A stretch of 64,000 nucleotides of DNA from Candidatus Kaiserbacteria bacterium (GCA_016432285.1 CP066682.1:794274-858273); one strand, 5' to 3'; counted from the first letter of the stretch, positions 41,740 through 51,850 are shown. The notes: generated by a model not told the origin, from the sequence alone. Made by a program: numbers and translations.

Positions 41740-42951
41740 TTAGTGACTGGTCAACGGATTAAAAATTCGATATTTCATATCGGCAGCGATCAGACCCCAA
41801 TCGTACTTCTTGGCAGCGAGCTCTCGCGCATTTTTCACGACGCGTGCCGTGAGCACCGGATCTTCCATGTATTTTTTTACGGCGCTCGCGACACTCTGCG
41901 GATTGCGCACCTCGCAAAAGAGCCCGGTCGGCTCCATATCAGGGTCCTTCTGCGGATCAGAAAGGAAATCTGGAATGCCGCCGACGGGGGTCGCGACGAC
42001 AGGCACTCCCGCCGCGAAAGCCTCGATAAAGGCGCTCCCCATTCCCTCGATGATCGACGGCCGCACGAAGATGTCGGAGATCTTCAGAAGTGCCGGGAGA
42101 TCCGTGTGCGAGACGTGTCCCGCAAAGAGCACCCGTTCGTGCACCTTCGATTCATCTGCGATTTTCTCGAGTTTCGCACGATCTTCCCCATCCCCCGCGA
42201 TGAGAAATTTCACGTTTGGCGGCAGGTGCGGAAGCGCGCGGATGACATCTTCCACGCCGCGAGAGAGGACGAGGCGCGAGGCCGTGAAAAGAAAGATGTC
42301 CCCCATGTGCTTCCTGTATCGTGCCTTGAGAGCAGCGATTTCATCGGCGGCCACTTCGGCGGAAAATGCGCGCGTATCGACGCCGTTGGGGATCACGTGA
42401 ACGGTGCGGCCAAAGCCGACCTCCTGCGCCAAACGCTCGATAAAGTGCGAGATGGCTTTTATCGCATCCGCTTTGAGATAGATCTTTTTATAGAGGGACC
42501 AGAGGAGGCGCATGAGCGGCCGCCGCTCTTTCACCTGCTGAAGTGAGTTTCCGTCCTGTAGCTCCAGCACGTACGGAATGGCGGGGTTCGCGTACTTGAA
42601 AAAGAGCGCTGCGAATCCTGCCTGATTGGCAAGCATGGCCCACGAGAGATCGAAGGGCTTCGCACGCTGGAGCGAGCGCGCCTTCAGGAATGCGGTGATC
42701 GGAAACAGAAACTTCGCAAGACGGTTTTGCCAGGGAAGGGCCCGGTCAGATACTTTCGGATTTTCCGCCGTCAACCCGATGCGGTGGACGGTTATGTTCC
42801 CGATCCGTTCGACTTTCGGGAGTTTGCTGTCGAAGCGGAGCGTGATCATTTCAAACTCATACTCGGGAAGCCGGTCGGTGATCTCTTTGATCGCGAGCTC
42901 CGCACCGCCGACGTACGGCTCGTACGCGAGCGAGAAAATGAGAATTCTCAT
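41740..42951 (-). CDS. GT4 glycosyltransferase
   Basis: GGAE, IPNGVD, EGMGSAFIEA. Confidence 0.92.
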   Translation of the reverse strand: MRILIFSLAYEPYVGGAELAIKEITDRLPEYEFEMITLRFDSKLPKVERIGNITVHRIGLTAENPKVSDRALPWQNRLAKFLFPITAFLKARSLQRAKPFDLSWAMLANQAGFAALFFKYANPAIPYVLELQDGNSLQQVKERRPLMRLLWSLYKKIYLKADAIKAISHFIERLAQEVGFGRTVHVIPNGVDTRAFSAEVAADEIAALKARYRKHMGDIFLFTASRLVLSRGVEDVIRALPHLPPNVKFLIAGDGEDRAKLEKIADESKVHERVLFAGHVSHTDLPALLKISDIFVRPSIIEGMGSAFIEAFAAGVPVVATPVGGIPDFLSDPQKDPDMEPTGLFCEVRNPQSVASAVKKYMEDPVLTARVVKNARELAAKKYDWGLIAADMKYRIFNPLTSH

Positions 42952-43811
42952 TGTTCTTTTTTGATCGATTCGATGTAGTCGGGAAGGTTGTGCTGCGGCT
43001 TCCAACCGAATTCGTTTTCCACGCGGGTCGTGTCGGCGATGGAGTCCATACGGTTGCCCTTCCGCTCCGGCAGCATGTCGATCTTCACGCCGAACATCTG
43101 CGCAAGTTCGAGGATCGTGTAGGAGCGCTGATCCCCGAGGCCGTACTCGTCGCCTTCGCCCTTCTCCCCCACATCCACGAGGCCGCGCGCGATGTCGTCG
43201 GCGTGCGTGAAATTGCGGCGTTGCGTACCGGGAGAAACCACCGTGATAGGCTGGCCTTTTCTGTACTGCTCCTTGAAGCGACCGATCACCGAGGCATATG
43301 GCCCCGTCGAGAGCTCGCGCGGCGCATAGGCGTTGTAGAAATACGTGATTGCGTACGGGAGGCCGTACCAGTGGCCGAAGTTGCGTACCAACTCCGTATT
43401 GCTTGCCTTCATCCACGCGTAGGGCGATTGGTCTCGCCCCAAGCCGCCATCCGCGAATTTCGTGCTGGAGCCGGCGTACACGAGCTTACAGCCGCGCTTT
43501 TTCCAGTACTGCAAGACACGGAAGGTGCCGAGCACGTTGGATTCCCAGACGAGATCGAGATCGTCGAAGCTCTGTTCGACGCGCGAATATTCTCCGAGGT
43601 GGAAAATGATCGAGGGGTTTTCTTTGGCGAGTAGCTCTTCGATGTCTTTCGTGTGCCCCTCGACGTACTCGGCGCCCTTGATGTGATTGCGCTTCGATCC
43701 GATGAAATAATTGTCGAGACTGACGACGCGATGCGTCGGCAGCAATCGCTCCGTGAGGTACGGGCCGATGAGGCCCGCGCCGCCCGTGATGACAACCGTC
43801 GGCTTATCCAT
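42948..43811 (-). CDS. NAD-dependent epimerase/dehydratase
   Basis: GGAGLIG, YAWMK (YxxxK), QRRNFTH. Confidence 0.9.
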   Translation of the reverse strand: MDKPTVVITGGAGLIGPYLTERLLPTHRVVSLDNYFIGSKRNHIKGAEYVEGHTKDIEELLAKENPSIIFHLGEYSRVEQSFDDLDLVWESNVLGTFRVLQYWKKRGCKLVYAGSSTKFADGGLGRDQSPYAWMKASNTELVRNFGHWYGLPYAITYFYNAYAPRELSTGPYASVIGRFKEQYRKGQPITVVSPGTQRRNFTHADDIARGLVDVGEKGEGDEYGLGDQRSYTILELAQMFGVKIDMLPERKGNRMDSIADTTRVENEFGWKPQHNLPDYIESIKKEQ

Positions 43812-43820
43812 GCGGACAGC

Positions 43821-45302
43821 CTATACCGTTTCGCTTCCTTCCTCAATGATGTTCCATTCGCGCTTCGCGCTGCGCCGCGCGAGAAAAGCGGCGCCCGCGC
43901 CAAAGGTGGCGATCGCAAAAGCGCCGAGCCACCACGGCATCGACGATGCGGCAGACACGGCAGCCGTCTCTGGGGGCGCGCCGGCAACGATCTCAGGCGG
44001 ATTCGGTGCTTCATCTACTTCCGGGATGGTGGTCTCATCGCGAGCGCTCGACTCACCCACGGTGAGCCATGCGGGCTCCGCAGGGAGCTTCGGTGCAGTC
44101 GCCGGTGCTTCCGCGTGCATGGAGGAGGCCGGTGGCACGATCGCTTCCCCGCTTTGCTGCCCGGCCGCAAGGGCGGTCGTGCCGTTGGGGTACTGGAGCA
44201 GCGCCGAGGAGCCGCTCCAGAATTTCAGCGTCTTTTGAGGGATGCGCAGTGTCTCGCCCGCAAGAACGACCGTACTCTCTGGAAGCGTGAAGCTCTGTCC
44301 AAACGAGCGAATGATCCAGTACGAGAGGTCGAGATCCTTGCCCGAGTCGTTCTCGATCGATACGCCACCATCCGGAAGCGCGGAAAAAGAAATGTGCGCC
44401 GGCTGCGCCGACACGACAAAGCGGTCCGCAGCGGATTCTTTGTTCTCGGCGATCGAGAGCACGACGACGTAGCGGCCGGGATAGGCATAGTGGTGCAGGA
44501 CGCTTGCGCCTTCGGCAGTGGATCCGTCGCCAAAATTCCAGAGATACCGGACGTTGGTTTCGATCACCGTGCCTTCCCGATTGTATGCAAACCCCGTGAA
44601 CTCTGTGTCCGCCGCCACGATCACCTCGCGGTCGTCCCCCGCCTCCGCAAAAAGCTGTGGGAGGGGTGGCGGCACGTACGAGGAAACGGGAGCGGGCGGT
44701 TGCGATGTCGTCGAGGTCGTGGGCGAAGTGGTGGCAGCGGTGCCCTCCTGCGATGTGAGCGCCCCTGTGCCGGGCGTGGGACCGGTGGCAAAGAGTGCGG
44801 TGCCTGCTGCACTCGAGCGCTGGAGGCTGTTCCCGTCTCCCGCCGCGCCCTGATCCTTCGTGTAGGCAACGGTGTCCACGACCGCGCCGTCGGCATTGAT
44901 CAGCGTGATCGTGTCCGTCGTGTTGCTTAAGTCGAGCAGCGTGTCGATCACCGTCGTGACAGAGGGATAGAGGGCGCGGAACGTTGCCGCATCGTCGGCA
45001 AGAATCGCGTAGGCTCCCGACTGGATCGTGAGCGAGCCGAGGCCGCCGTTTGCGGGCGGCTCGGAGAGTACATGGTTGGAGCCGTCATTGATCTTCCAAC
45101 CCACGATGCTCACCGACGAAGCACCGGCGTTGAACACTTCGATCCACTCGCGCGTATCGTCGGCCCCCACTCCGCTCGCGACGTCGTACATGATTTCGGA
45201 GATGACCACCTGCCCCTCGACAATGCTCGGGATGAACGCAGCCGCGCTCGGGAGGAGCGCGGCTGCAATCGCGAGCGCGAAGAAAGTTCTATCGATCCGC
45301 AT
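43821..45302 (-). CDS. Surface protein with lamin-tail (LTD) and PKD domains and a C-terminal TM anchor
   Basis: Signal peptide, ISEIMYD...EWIEV, TPG, WNFGDG...H.Y..PG.Y, Ser/Thr/Pro linker, TM helix. Confidence 0.85.
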   Translation of the reverse strand: MRIDRTFFALAIAAALLPSAAAFIPSIVEGQVVISEIMYDVASGVGADDTREWIEVFNAGASSVSIVGWKINDGSNHVLSEPPANGGLGSLTIQSGAYAILADDAATFRALYPSVTTVIDTLLDLSNTTDTITLINADGAVVDTVAYTKDQGAAGDGNSLQRSSAAGTALFATGPTPGTGALTSQEGTAATTSPTTSTTSQPPAPVSSYVPPPLPQLFAEAGDDREVIVAADTEFTGFAYNREGTVIETNVRYLWNFGDGSTAEGASVLHHYAYPGRYVVVLSIAENKESAADRFVVSAQPAHISFSALPDGGVSIENDSGKDLDLSYWIIRSFGQSFTLPESTVVLAGETLRIPQKTLKFWSGSSALLQYPNGTTALAAGQQSGEAIVPPASSMHAEAPATAPKLPAEPAWLTVGESSARDETTIPEVDEAPNPPEIVAGAPPETAAVSAASSMPWWLGAFAIATFGAGAAFLARRSAKREWNIIEEGSETV

Positions 45303-47178
45303 GCTCGCTTCCTCGTAAGACCCGCTGGAGCTCATCATGAGAGATCTCACCATCGCGGCGATTTTTAGGCTGCGGCGGTCGCGCCGGCGAAGTCGGAGTG
45401 TGCGGAATCCGTGGCTCCTCTTTCAGCGGCACTGGTGCCGGCTTTTGTGTTTCGTGCGTGTGTACGTCGATTCTCACCTGAGAGACGGCCTGCGCCACCA
45501 CTGGTGGGGTGTGAGTCGACGTTTCCGGTGCCACGGCACGTGCTTCCTTCGCGGCTTTGCGCGCGCGCAAAATATCGGCGGGAGAGCGAATTGCGACAGC
45601 GGGAGCCGGCGCGGATCCTGAAGCGGGAGCGTCCTCCCCCGGACGAGCCGCGTGAATCGCCGCGCGAAGCGCGGTGCGCTGCTCCTCGGGCCGTACGATG
45701 CGCACTGAGGGAGCCTGCGGCGCGGGATCGTGGGGGGTTTCGGGTGCCCGCTCTCGATTCTCGTTGTGATAACTGGGCCGGTTCTCCCGAAAGGAAGGTC
45801 TGAAGCCGTCACGCCGATCTCCCCGATCTCCCGGCCGCCTCCCAGCGTTTTTGTCGGTTTTGGGGGGCATTGCAAACTCCTGTTGCCGCTTGTTGACGTG
45901 CGCCTCCATCTCGGAGCGCGGACGCGAGTAGAGCTCACGGGAGCTTCGAACGCAGTCGTCGCGATACGAAATCGGCGGCGCCTCGATCGGCGGAATCGTT
46001 TCGGCCGAAAAGGGCGCTGAGCCGACACCATCGATCATGAGCGTGAGGTAGATCTGCCCGACACCGAGACCGACGAGATCCTCTGCGACGAAGGTGGGCT
46101 CGAATACCGTCTTCAGCACCTCGGCGTCGAACGGGCCTACACGAAAACACACGAGCGTGCCGACGTTGCCAAAAACCGCGTCGCGCACATTTTCCTCCAT
46201 CTGCTCGATGTACTGGTTGGCGAGGGTGAGCGCGAGCTTGTATTTACGCGACTCGGAGAGGATGTCGGCAAAGGCTTCGTTCATCATCGACTGAAACTCG
46301 TCGACATAGAAGTAGCAGCGCGGGAGGGCCTTGAGGCGCGCCGACGGCTCGTCGGCGCGCGACATCGCGGCGAGGTAGATCTTCACGACGAGCATCGAGC
46401 CAAGCAGCGCCGCGTTGGTCTCACCCATGCGCCCTTTCGAAAGGTTGACGATAAATATCTTTTTTTCATCCATCATCTTCCGCAGGTCGAACGACGACTT
46501 CGGTTGTCCGACGATGTTTCGGATCAGAGGGTTGCTGGTGAACTGTCCGACTTTGTTTTGAATCGCCGGGGTCGCCTCGCGCGTGTAGGTATCGGTGAAG
46601 CTCGCGAACTCCTCCACCCAGAAGGATTTCACCAGCGGGTCGGTGATCTTTTCGACGACAGCGGCACGGAAGGCCTTGTTGGTGAGCATACGGTTCACAT
46701 CGAGGAGCGTGGAGTCGGGGTACTCGAGGAGCGCAAGGAGCGTGTTTTGCAAAATGTATTCCATACGCGCGCTCCACGCGTCTACCCAGATGCGCTTGAG
46801 GGCGCCCATGAGCCCCGAGACGACGAGGTGTCGCTTGTCGTAGCCGACATCCTCCATCACGTTGAAGCCGATGGGGTGATCGGTGTCAAAGGGCGCGAAA
46901 TAGACCACGTCTTTCACGCGATCGTGCGGCACGAAATCCAGCAGCTTTTCGGCCGTCGCCCCATGCGGATCGATGAAGGCGATGCCCTCGCCGTTCTGGA
47001 TGTCTTGGATCGCCATGTTCTCCAGCATGGTCGATTTACCCATGCCGGTTTTTCCGATGACGTAGATGTGCTTGCCGCGATCTTCGGCTCGTATACCAAA
47101 CATCTCCCGCTTGCCGCGAGTATGCGTCGCCGCAAAATAGGTAATGCGGCGATCATCGTCGTGATGATCGGGGTGCAT
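45289..47178 (-). CDS. VirD4/TrwB-like coupling ATPase
   Basis: Walker A GKTGMGKS, IDPHG, Walker B YVDEFQ, ESRKY...ANQY; low-complexity C-terminal tail. Confidence 0.88.
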   Translation of the reverse strand: MHPDHHDDDRRITYFAATHTRGKREMFGIRAEDRGKHIYVIGKTGMGKSTMLENMAIQDIQNGEGIAFIDPHGATAEKLLDFVPHDRVKDVVYFAPFDTDHPIGFNVMEDVGYDKRHLVVSGLMGALKRIWVDAWSARMEYILQNTLLALLEYPDSTLLDVNRMLTNKAFRAAVVEKITDPLVKSFWVEEFASFTDTYTREATPAIQNKVGQFTSNPLIRNIVGQPKSSFDLRKMMDEKKIFIVNLSKGRMGETNAALLGSMLVVKIYLAAMSRADEPSARLKALPRCYFYVDEFQSMMNEAFADILSESRKYKLALTLANQYIEQMEENVRDAVFGNVGTLVCFRVGPFDAEVLKTVFEPTFVAEDLVGLGVGQIYLTLMIDGVGSAPFSAETIPPIEAPPISYRDDCVRSSRELYSRPRSEMEAHVNKRQQEFAMPPKTDKNAGRRPGDRGDRRDGFRPSFRENRPSYHNENRERAPETPHDPAPQAPSVRIVRPEEQRTALRAAIHAARPGEDAPASGSAPAPAVAIRSPADILRARKAAKEARAVAPETSTHTPPVVAQAVSQVRIDVHTHETQKPAPVPLKEEPRIPHTPTSPARPPQPKNRRDGEISHDELQRVLRGSEHADR

Positions 47179-47225
47179 GGGAGCATTATACTCCTTCCTA
47201 AGGCTCACTCACGCCTTATGCGCCG

Positions 47226-47459
47226 CTAGTTGATTTCGCGCTTTCGCTTTTGCGCGGCAAGATATTCCTTCGCGCTTCGTTCGTGCTTCTTATCCAGGCG
47301 CTCTTCTTCCCGATCCTTTAGGTAGTTCGGATGTGCAATCGGTGGGATTTCGATTGCGACCGGCGCCGAGGGTGGAGCGTGGTCGAGAGCGCGTGAAGCC
47401 GGGGTCTCAAGATCTTCCGATTCTTCCCGCTGTGTTTCTTTCTTTCGGGGTTTTTCCAT
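47226..47459 (-). CDS. Small charged hypothetical protein
   Basis: Starts 4 nt after the upstream stop and fills the intergenic gap. Confidence 0.55.
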   Translation of the reverse strand: MEKPRKKETQREESEDLETPASRALDHAPPSAPVAIEIPPIAHPNYLKDREEERLDKKHERSAKEYLAAQKRKREIN

Positions 47460-47463
47460 GAAG

Positions 47464-48702
47464 CTAGTTGGGGGCCACGACCTGGCGCAAGCTGCTGTAT
47501 TTGTTGGCAGGATCCCAAAACATGTACGAATCAAGGCCGGCGGCTTCGTTGGCGCGTATCTGGTCGCGTACCATCTGCGGCGTGTAGTCGACCGGATAGT
47601 CGAAATCCTGAAGCCACGGCCGCATTCTTTGCGCGTCGTATGCGGGCTTCGCGTACACCGCAGGGGTTGACGTGCCGATCCGGGAGTAGGCGAACGAGGC
47701 GATGGATGTCGTCGTCGCTCTCGTGCGCCGCACCGCTTCGATCATGGAAGCGTACACCACCTTATAGGGGTCGCTGTTGACGTCGGAAAGACCGGCGAAG
47801 CCTTTGTTGTAGTGCGAGGGATAGACCATGGGAGAGATGTAATCGAAGTACGGCAGCGCCCGCTCCAGAAGCTGTCCGATGCCAAGATCGTCCACGTGCA
47901 CCGTCACATACCCGAAGAGGTCGGCCGACATGACAACGCCGAGCGGTTGCAATCGCTCGTGCAGGTATTTGTAGAACTCCTCGAGCGCTTCCGACTTGGT
48001 CTTGCCCTTGCTCCACGTGTAGTCGGCCTCCGCCATGGGGCCGTCGGAGGGAAAACGAATGTAGTCGAAATTGAGCTCGTCGAAACCGATCGCGTAGGAT
48101 TCCTTCGAGAGCTCGACGACCGTGTCCCAGTACGGCTTCGCGCCCACGTCGACGAAGGCCAAGCCTTTCCGGTCTTTCCAGACGCCGCACGAAGTTCCTG
48201 AGCTTGTCGAAGGACATTTTTTTTGCACGGCCTCATCCGGATGGATTTTCGTGTAGTACGGATTTTGAAAAACCGTGATGCGGCCGATGACGTAGATGCC
48301 CTTCTCATGCAGCCCTTCCACGAATTCCTTCATGTCGTTGGCGCCGCATTCGTCGGAGACCATGTCTTTCAAGACGGGGTTCTCGGTAGGAAACGCGATT
48401 CTGCCGGTGTAATCACGGATGTCGATCACGATCGAGTTGAGCTCGGTTTCGTCGATCAGCTTCGTGAGATTTTCACGGAAGGAAGGCGTTCCGGCCGCGC
48501 ACTGCGACATGTACACTGCCTTCACTGCGGCAGGCGTCGGCACATGCTTTGTAAGGGGTACCTCTGGCGCGAGCGAGGGCGGTGTCGATGTGGCGGATCG
48601 CACGAACGATGCGCTCGGCGGTACGGCGTATGCAGCAGCAATACCGATACCAAGAACGACGAACGTCCCTGCGAAAAGAAGTCGGCCTCTAGCGTGGCTC
48701 AT
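47464..48702 (-). CDS. Putative glycoside hydrolase (DUF4015-like)
   Basis: FDELNFDYIRFP, SADLFG, ISPMVYPSHY, RPWLQDF; N-terminal TM. Confidence 0.85.
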   Translation of the reverse strand: MSHARGRLLFAGTFVVLGIGIAAAYAVPPSASFVRSATSTPPSLAPEVPLTKHVPTPAAVKAVYMSQCAAGTPSFRENLTKLIDETELNSIVIDIRDYTGRIAFPTENPVLKDMVSDECGANDMKEFVEGLHEKGIYVIGRITVFQNPYYTKIHPDEAVQKKCPSTSSGTSCGVWKDRKGLAFVDVGAKPYWDTVVELSKESYAIGFDELNFDYIRFPSDGPMAEADYTWSKGKTKSEALEEFYKYLHERLQPLGVVMSADLFGYVTVHVDDLGIGQLLERALPYFDYISPMVYPSHYNKGFAGLSDVNSDPYKVVYASMIEAVRRTRATTTSIASFAYSRIGTSTPAVYAKPAYDAQRMRPWLQDFDYPVDYTPQMVRDQIRANEAAGLDSYMFWDPANKYSSLRQVVAPN

Positions 48703-48934
48703 GAGAAACCGTAGGACGAATATCCGACATGGAGATCGGGCTCTCCGATGCGGCCTGATCAATCCCCCCTGTGGAAGCGCCGAGCCGGCGCCGCACAATA
48801 ATGCCGAGTCCGATCACGACAACGCCCGCCCCGAAAAAGAGCGCGGTGTCCCAGCTATTGGGAAGCCCCAAAAACGGAAGGAGCGCAACGAATGCACCAA
48901 CGAGCATGATGACGGCATCGAGTGTCATGCGCAC
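48689..48934 (-). CDS. Small two-TM membrane protein
   Basis: LPFLGLP..W pattern; TATACT just upstream of the second ATG. Confidence 0.7.
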   Translation of the reverse strand: MRMTLDAVIMLVGAFVALLPFLGLPNSWDTALFFGAGVVVIGLGIIVRRRLGASTGGIDQAASESPISMSDIRPTVSHEPR

Positions 48935-48969
48935 AGTATATCCCAGGAAGAAGCGGAGCGTATATGCAG

Positions 48970-49647
48970 CTACCGGGGGACAACGATCACGACGAACTCC
49001 CCCCGCACTTTCCTGCCTCTTTCGAGGCTCTCGGCGAGCTCCTCGGGACTCCCGACGAGCACTTCTTCGTGAAGTTTGGTGAGCTCCCGCGCGATCGTTA
49101 TCTGCACGTGCGGCGCCACAGCGTCAATTTCCTTCAATAATTTCAAAATGCGGTGCGGAGATTCGTAGAGCACGACCGGCACGTCGCTCTTCACGACCTT
49201 TTTGAGCGCGGTTTGCCTTCCCTTCTTGTGCGGTAAAAAGCCGAGAAAGGTAAACGCGGTCGCGTCGATTCCGGCGATCGAGAGCGCAGCGGTGAGCGCA
49301 GAGGCCCCCGGAATCGCGTCGATGGTTGCTTCTGGCAACGCTTTCCGCACAATCGCCACAAGCCGCGAGCCCGGATCCGAAATCCCCGGCGTCCCTGCGT
49401 CGGTCACGTAGGCCACATGCTCTCCCCGCTCCAAACGCTCGATCACTTCACTCGCCTTTTTCGCTTCGGTCGCCGCATCGAGTCGAAAGACCGACTTGCG
49501 GAGGCCGTAGTGGTTGAGGAGCTTCAGAATCTCGCGCGTGTCCTCGGCGTACACCGCGTCGCACTCCTTCAGATTCCAGAGCGCGCGGAAGGTAAGATCG
49601 CCCATATTGCCGATGGGTGTCGCGACCACCGAAAGCTTCCCTGCCAT
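48970..49647 (-). CDS. rsmI: 16S rRNA C1402 2'-O-methyltransferase
   Basis: ATPIGN, AEDTR, DAGTPGISDPG, YESPHR, RELTKLHEE. Confidence 0.96.
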   Translation of the reverse strand: MAGKLSVVATPIGNMGDLTFRALWNLKECDAVYAEDTREILKLLNHYGLRKSVFRLDAATEAKKASEVIERLERGEHVAYVTDAGTPGISDPGSRLVAIVRKALPEATIDAIPGASALTAALSIAGIDATAFTFLGFLPHKKGRQTALKKVVKSDVPVVLYESPHRILKLLKEIDAVAPHVQITIARELTKLHEEVLVGSPEELAESLERGRKVRGEFVVIVVPR

Positions 49648-49807
49648 GCGGGCACTCTGCCACGCAGGTTTACCATACGCAAACCATGATTTCCGGTTCC
49701 CACCACGAGAAAAGCAGCCCGTCTGCGTGATACGTAATTGGTCCGGTCGCTCCAGTTCAGTATCAGAAAGGTTCCGCAACGAAGCAGATGGGGTCTATCC
49801 GCCCCGC

Positions 49808-51091
49808 TCAATCGGCGATTTGTTCGGCCACCTTGTATATATCGCCAGCTCCCATGGTGATGATGAGATCGCGACCCGAGGCGCTCTTCAAAAGTTCGTC
49901 GCGTATCGCATCGAAGGTGTGGAGCGAGAGCACGTTTTGATTTGTCTTGGCGATCGCTTTGGCAAGCATGTCGCTCGACACTTCGCCGAGATCTTTTTCG
50001 CGCGCCGCGTAAATGGGCGCGAGGATGACGTAGTCGGCCGTGGCGAGCGAGCGCACGAACCCGTCGAAGAGGTCGCGCGTGCGCGAAAAGAGGTGCGGAT
50101 GAAATACCACCGTGATCTTTTTCTGGGGAAACTGCGCGCGCGCCGCCTCGATCGTCGCCTCGATCGCCGTCGGATGGTGCGCGTAGTCGTCGTACACCAC
50201 GGCCCCCTGCGGCGTCTCTCCCCGATACTCGAAACGCCGCCACGAGCCCTTGAATTCCATGAGCGCGCGATCCGTGTACTCCTCCTGGAGATGCGGGAAG
50301 GCGGCGCGCGCTGCCGCTTTAGCGGCGCGCGCGTTCATGCGGTTGAACTCCCCGATCTGCTTCAGGGCCGGCACCGTTTGCGTGGTGTAATCGAGAATCG
50401 GCGCCTTCGCGCCTCCGAGCACGGCAGCAATATGCGGATCGTACGGATTCGTCACGATGATGCCGTTTTCCGGGACGCGCTCGGCGGCCTTGCGGAAGGT
50501 TTTCTGGAGAGCGCCGAGATTCGGAAAGTAGTCCGTGTGGTCGAGCTCGATATTGGTGATCACGAGGATCTGCGGTGAGAGCTTGAGGAGATGATCGCGG
50601 TACTCGCAGGCCTCGACGACGAGCAGATCCTCCGCACCCGGCAGAAAATTCGATCCGAAATCCTGTACGATCGATCCGACGACCGCGCTTGGTTTCTTGT
50701 CGCTAAAGTGCAGAATCTTCGCGAGCATGCCGGTGGTCGTTGTTTTGCCGTGCGTACCCGCCACCGCGATGGTGCGCGCGCTTTTGCTCACCTCTCCGAG
50801 CGCCTCGAAGTAGCTCTTCTGCGGGATCCCCATCTCTTCGGCTCGCATCCGCTCCACGTTCGTCTCCGGCACCGCATCGCTGTAGACGAGAAGTTTCGCA
50901 TCGGCAGGAATGTGGCACTGGTCGTGTCCGATCCAGACCTCGATCCCCTTTTGTGCGAGGAGGTCGGTGGCGGGAGATTCCTCCCTGTCTGAGCCGCTCA
51001 CTTTTTTGCCGCGGTGAGCAAGTAGTTGCGCGAGCGCGGACATGCCGATGCCGCCGATCCCCACCATGTAGATGGAATCCGGAATTTTCAT
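49808..51091 (-). CDS. murC: UDP-MurNAc--L-alanine ligase
   Basis: GIGGIGMSALA, AGTHGKTTT, DDYAHHP, MGAGD. Confidence 0.95.
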   Translation of the reverse strand: MKIPDSIYMVGIGGIGMSALAQLLAHRGKKVSGSDREESPATDLLAQKGIEVWIGHDQCHIPADAKLLVYSDAVPETNVERMRAEEMGIPQKSYFEALGEVSKSARTIAVAGTHGKTTTTGMLAKILHFSDKKPSAVVGSIVQDFGSNFLPGAEDLLVVEACEYRDHLLKLSPQILVITNIELDHTDYFPNLGALQKTFRKAAERVPENGIIVTNPYDPHIAAVLGGAKAPILDYTTQTVPALKQIGEFNRMNARAAKAAARAAFPHLQEEYTDRALMEFKGSWRRFEYRGETPQGAVVYDDYAHHPTAIEATIEAARAQFPQKKITVVFHPHLFSRTRDLFDGFVRSLATADYVILAPIYAAREKDLGEVSSDMLAKAIAKTNQNVLSLHTFDAIRDELLKSASGRDLIITMGAGDIYKVAEQIAD

Positions 51092-51095
51092 ATCC

Positions 51096-51848
51096 CTACT
51101 CTAGCACTTCGACTGTGTATTTCTGATTTGGGAAGAGCGAGCTCGTAAGATCGCGAAACCGTTGCGACTCCTTGCTGATCAAAAAGTGAGTGCGGGCGTC
51201 CCCGACTTCCTGCGGCCAGAACTGCCGCCTCGCACGGATCGCGACCGCTTCCGCGGGATCAAATATCTTCACGTCCGGGAGCACTGTGCCAAAGGCTTCG
51301 ATGGCGAGCGGATAGTGTGTGCAGCCGAGCACCAAGAGGTCGAAATCGCTCTTTCCGGTGAAGGCGCCCTCGATGTGCTTCTTGATCTCCGCTTCGGGAG
51401 CGCCGAACTCGATGGCGCCGGCAAGGCCTTCGATCGCAATATTTTGTATCTCCTTGCCGACCATGCGAAAGGCGTCGGCGTAGATGCCGGAGCGAATCGT
51501 GGCCGGTGTCGCGCACACCGCGATCCGCTCGGGAGAGTCGCGAAGCGCGGCGACCGTGGGCCCCACCATCTCGATGAGGTGCGCGGGCGCGATCTCCAAT
51601 GCATCAAAAAGCGAGATCGCGAGCGAGGCAGAAACGCTGTTGCACGCGCTCACGATTTTTTCCGCGCCGCGTTCATGGAGCACCTTGAGGCCGGCGACCA
51701 AGAGAACCGAAAGTTCCTCGCGCGATTTGGAGCCATACGGGGCGTTCTTGATGTCTCCGAAGTACAGAATGTCGGCGGAGGGAAGGTACTGCCGAATCGA
51801 GCGAAGGACCGTGAGCCCACCGACGCCGGAATCGAACATGCCGATCAT
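51096..51848 (-). CDS. murI: Glutamate racemase
   Basis: FDSGVGGL, PYG, ACN, LGCTHY. Confidence 0.95.
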   Translation of the reverse strand: MIGMFDSGVGGLTVLRSIRQYLPSADILYFGDIKNAPYGSKSREELSVLLVAGLKVLHERGAEKIVSACNSVSASLAISLFDALEIAPAHLIEMVGPTVAALRDSPERIAVCATPATIRSGIYADAFRMVGKEIQNIAIEGLAGAIEFGAPEAEIKKHIEGAFTGKSDFDLLVLGCTHYPLAIEAFGTVLPDVKIFDPAEAVAIRARRQFWPQEVGDARTHFLISKESQRFRDLTSSLFPNQKYTVEVLE

Positions 51849-51850
51849 GG

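Noticed and set aside
49660-49800. c-di-GMP-I riboswitch or SRP RNA
   Set aside because: Only fragmentary resemblance (GCAAAC; AGG...AGCAG); the required helices do not form
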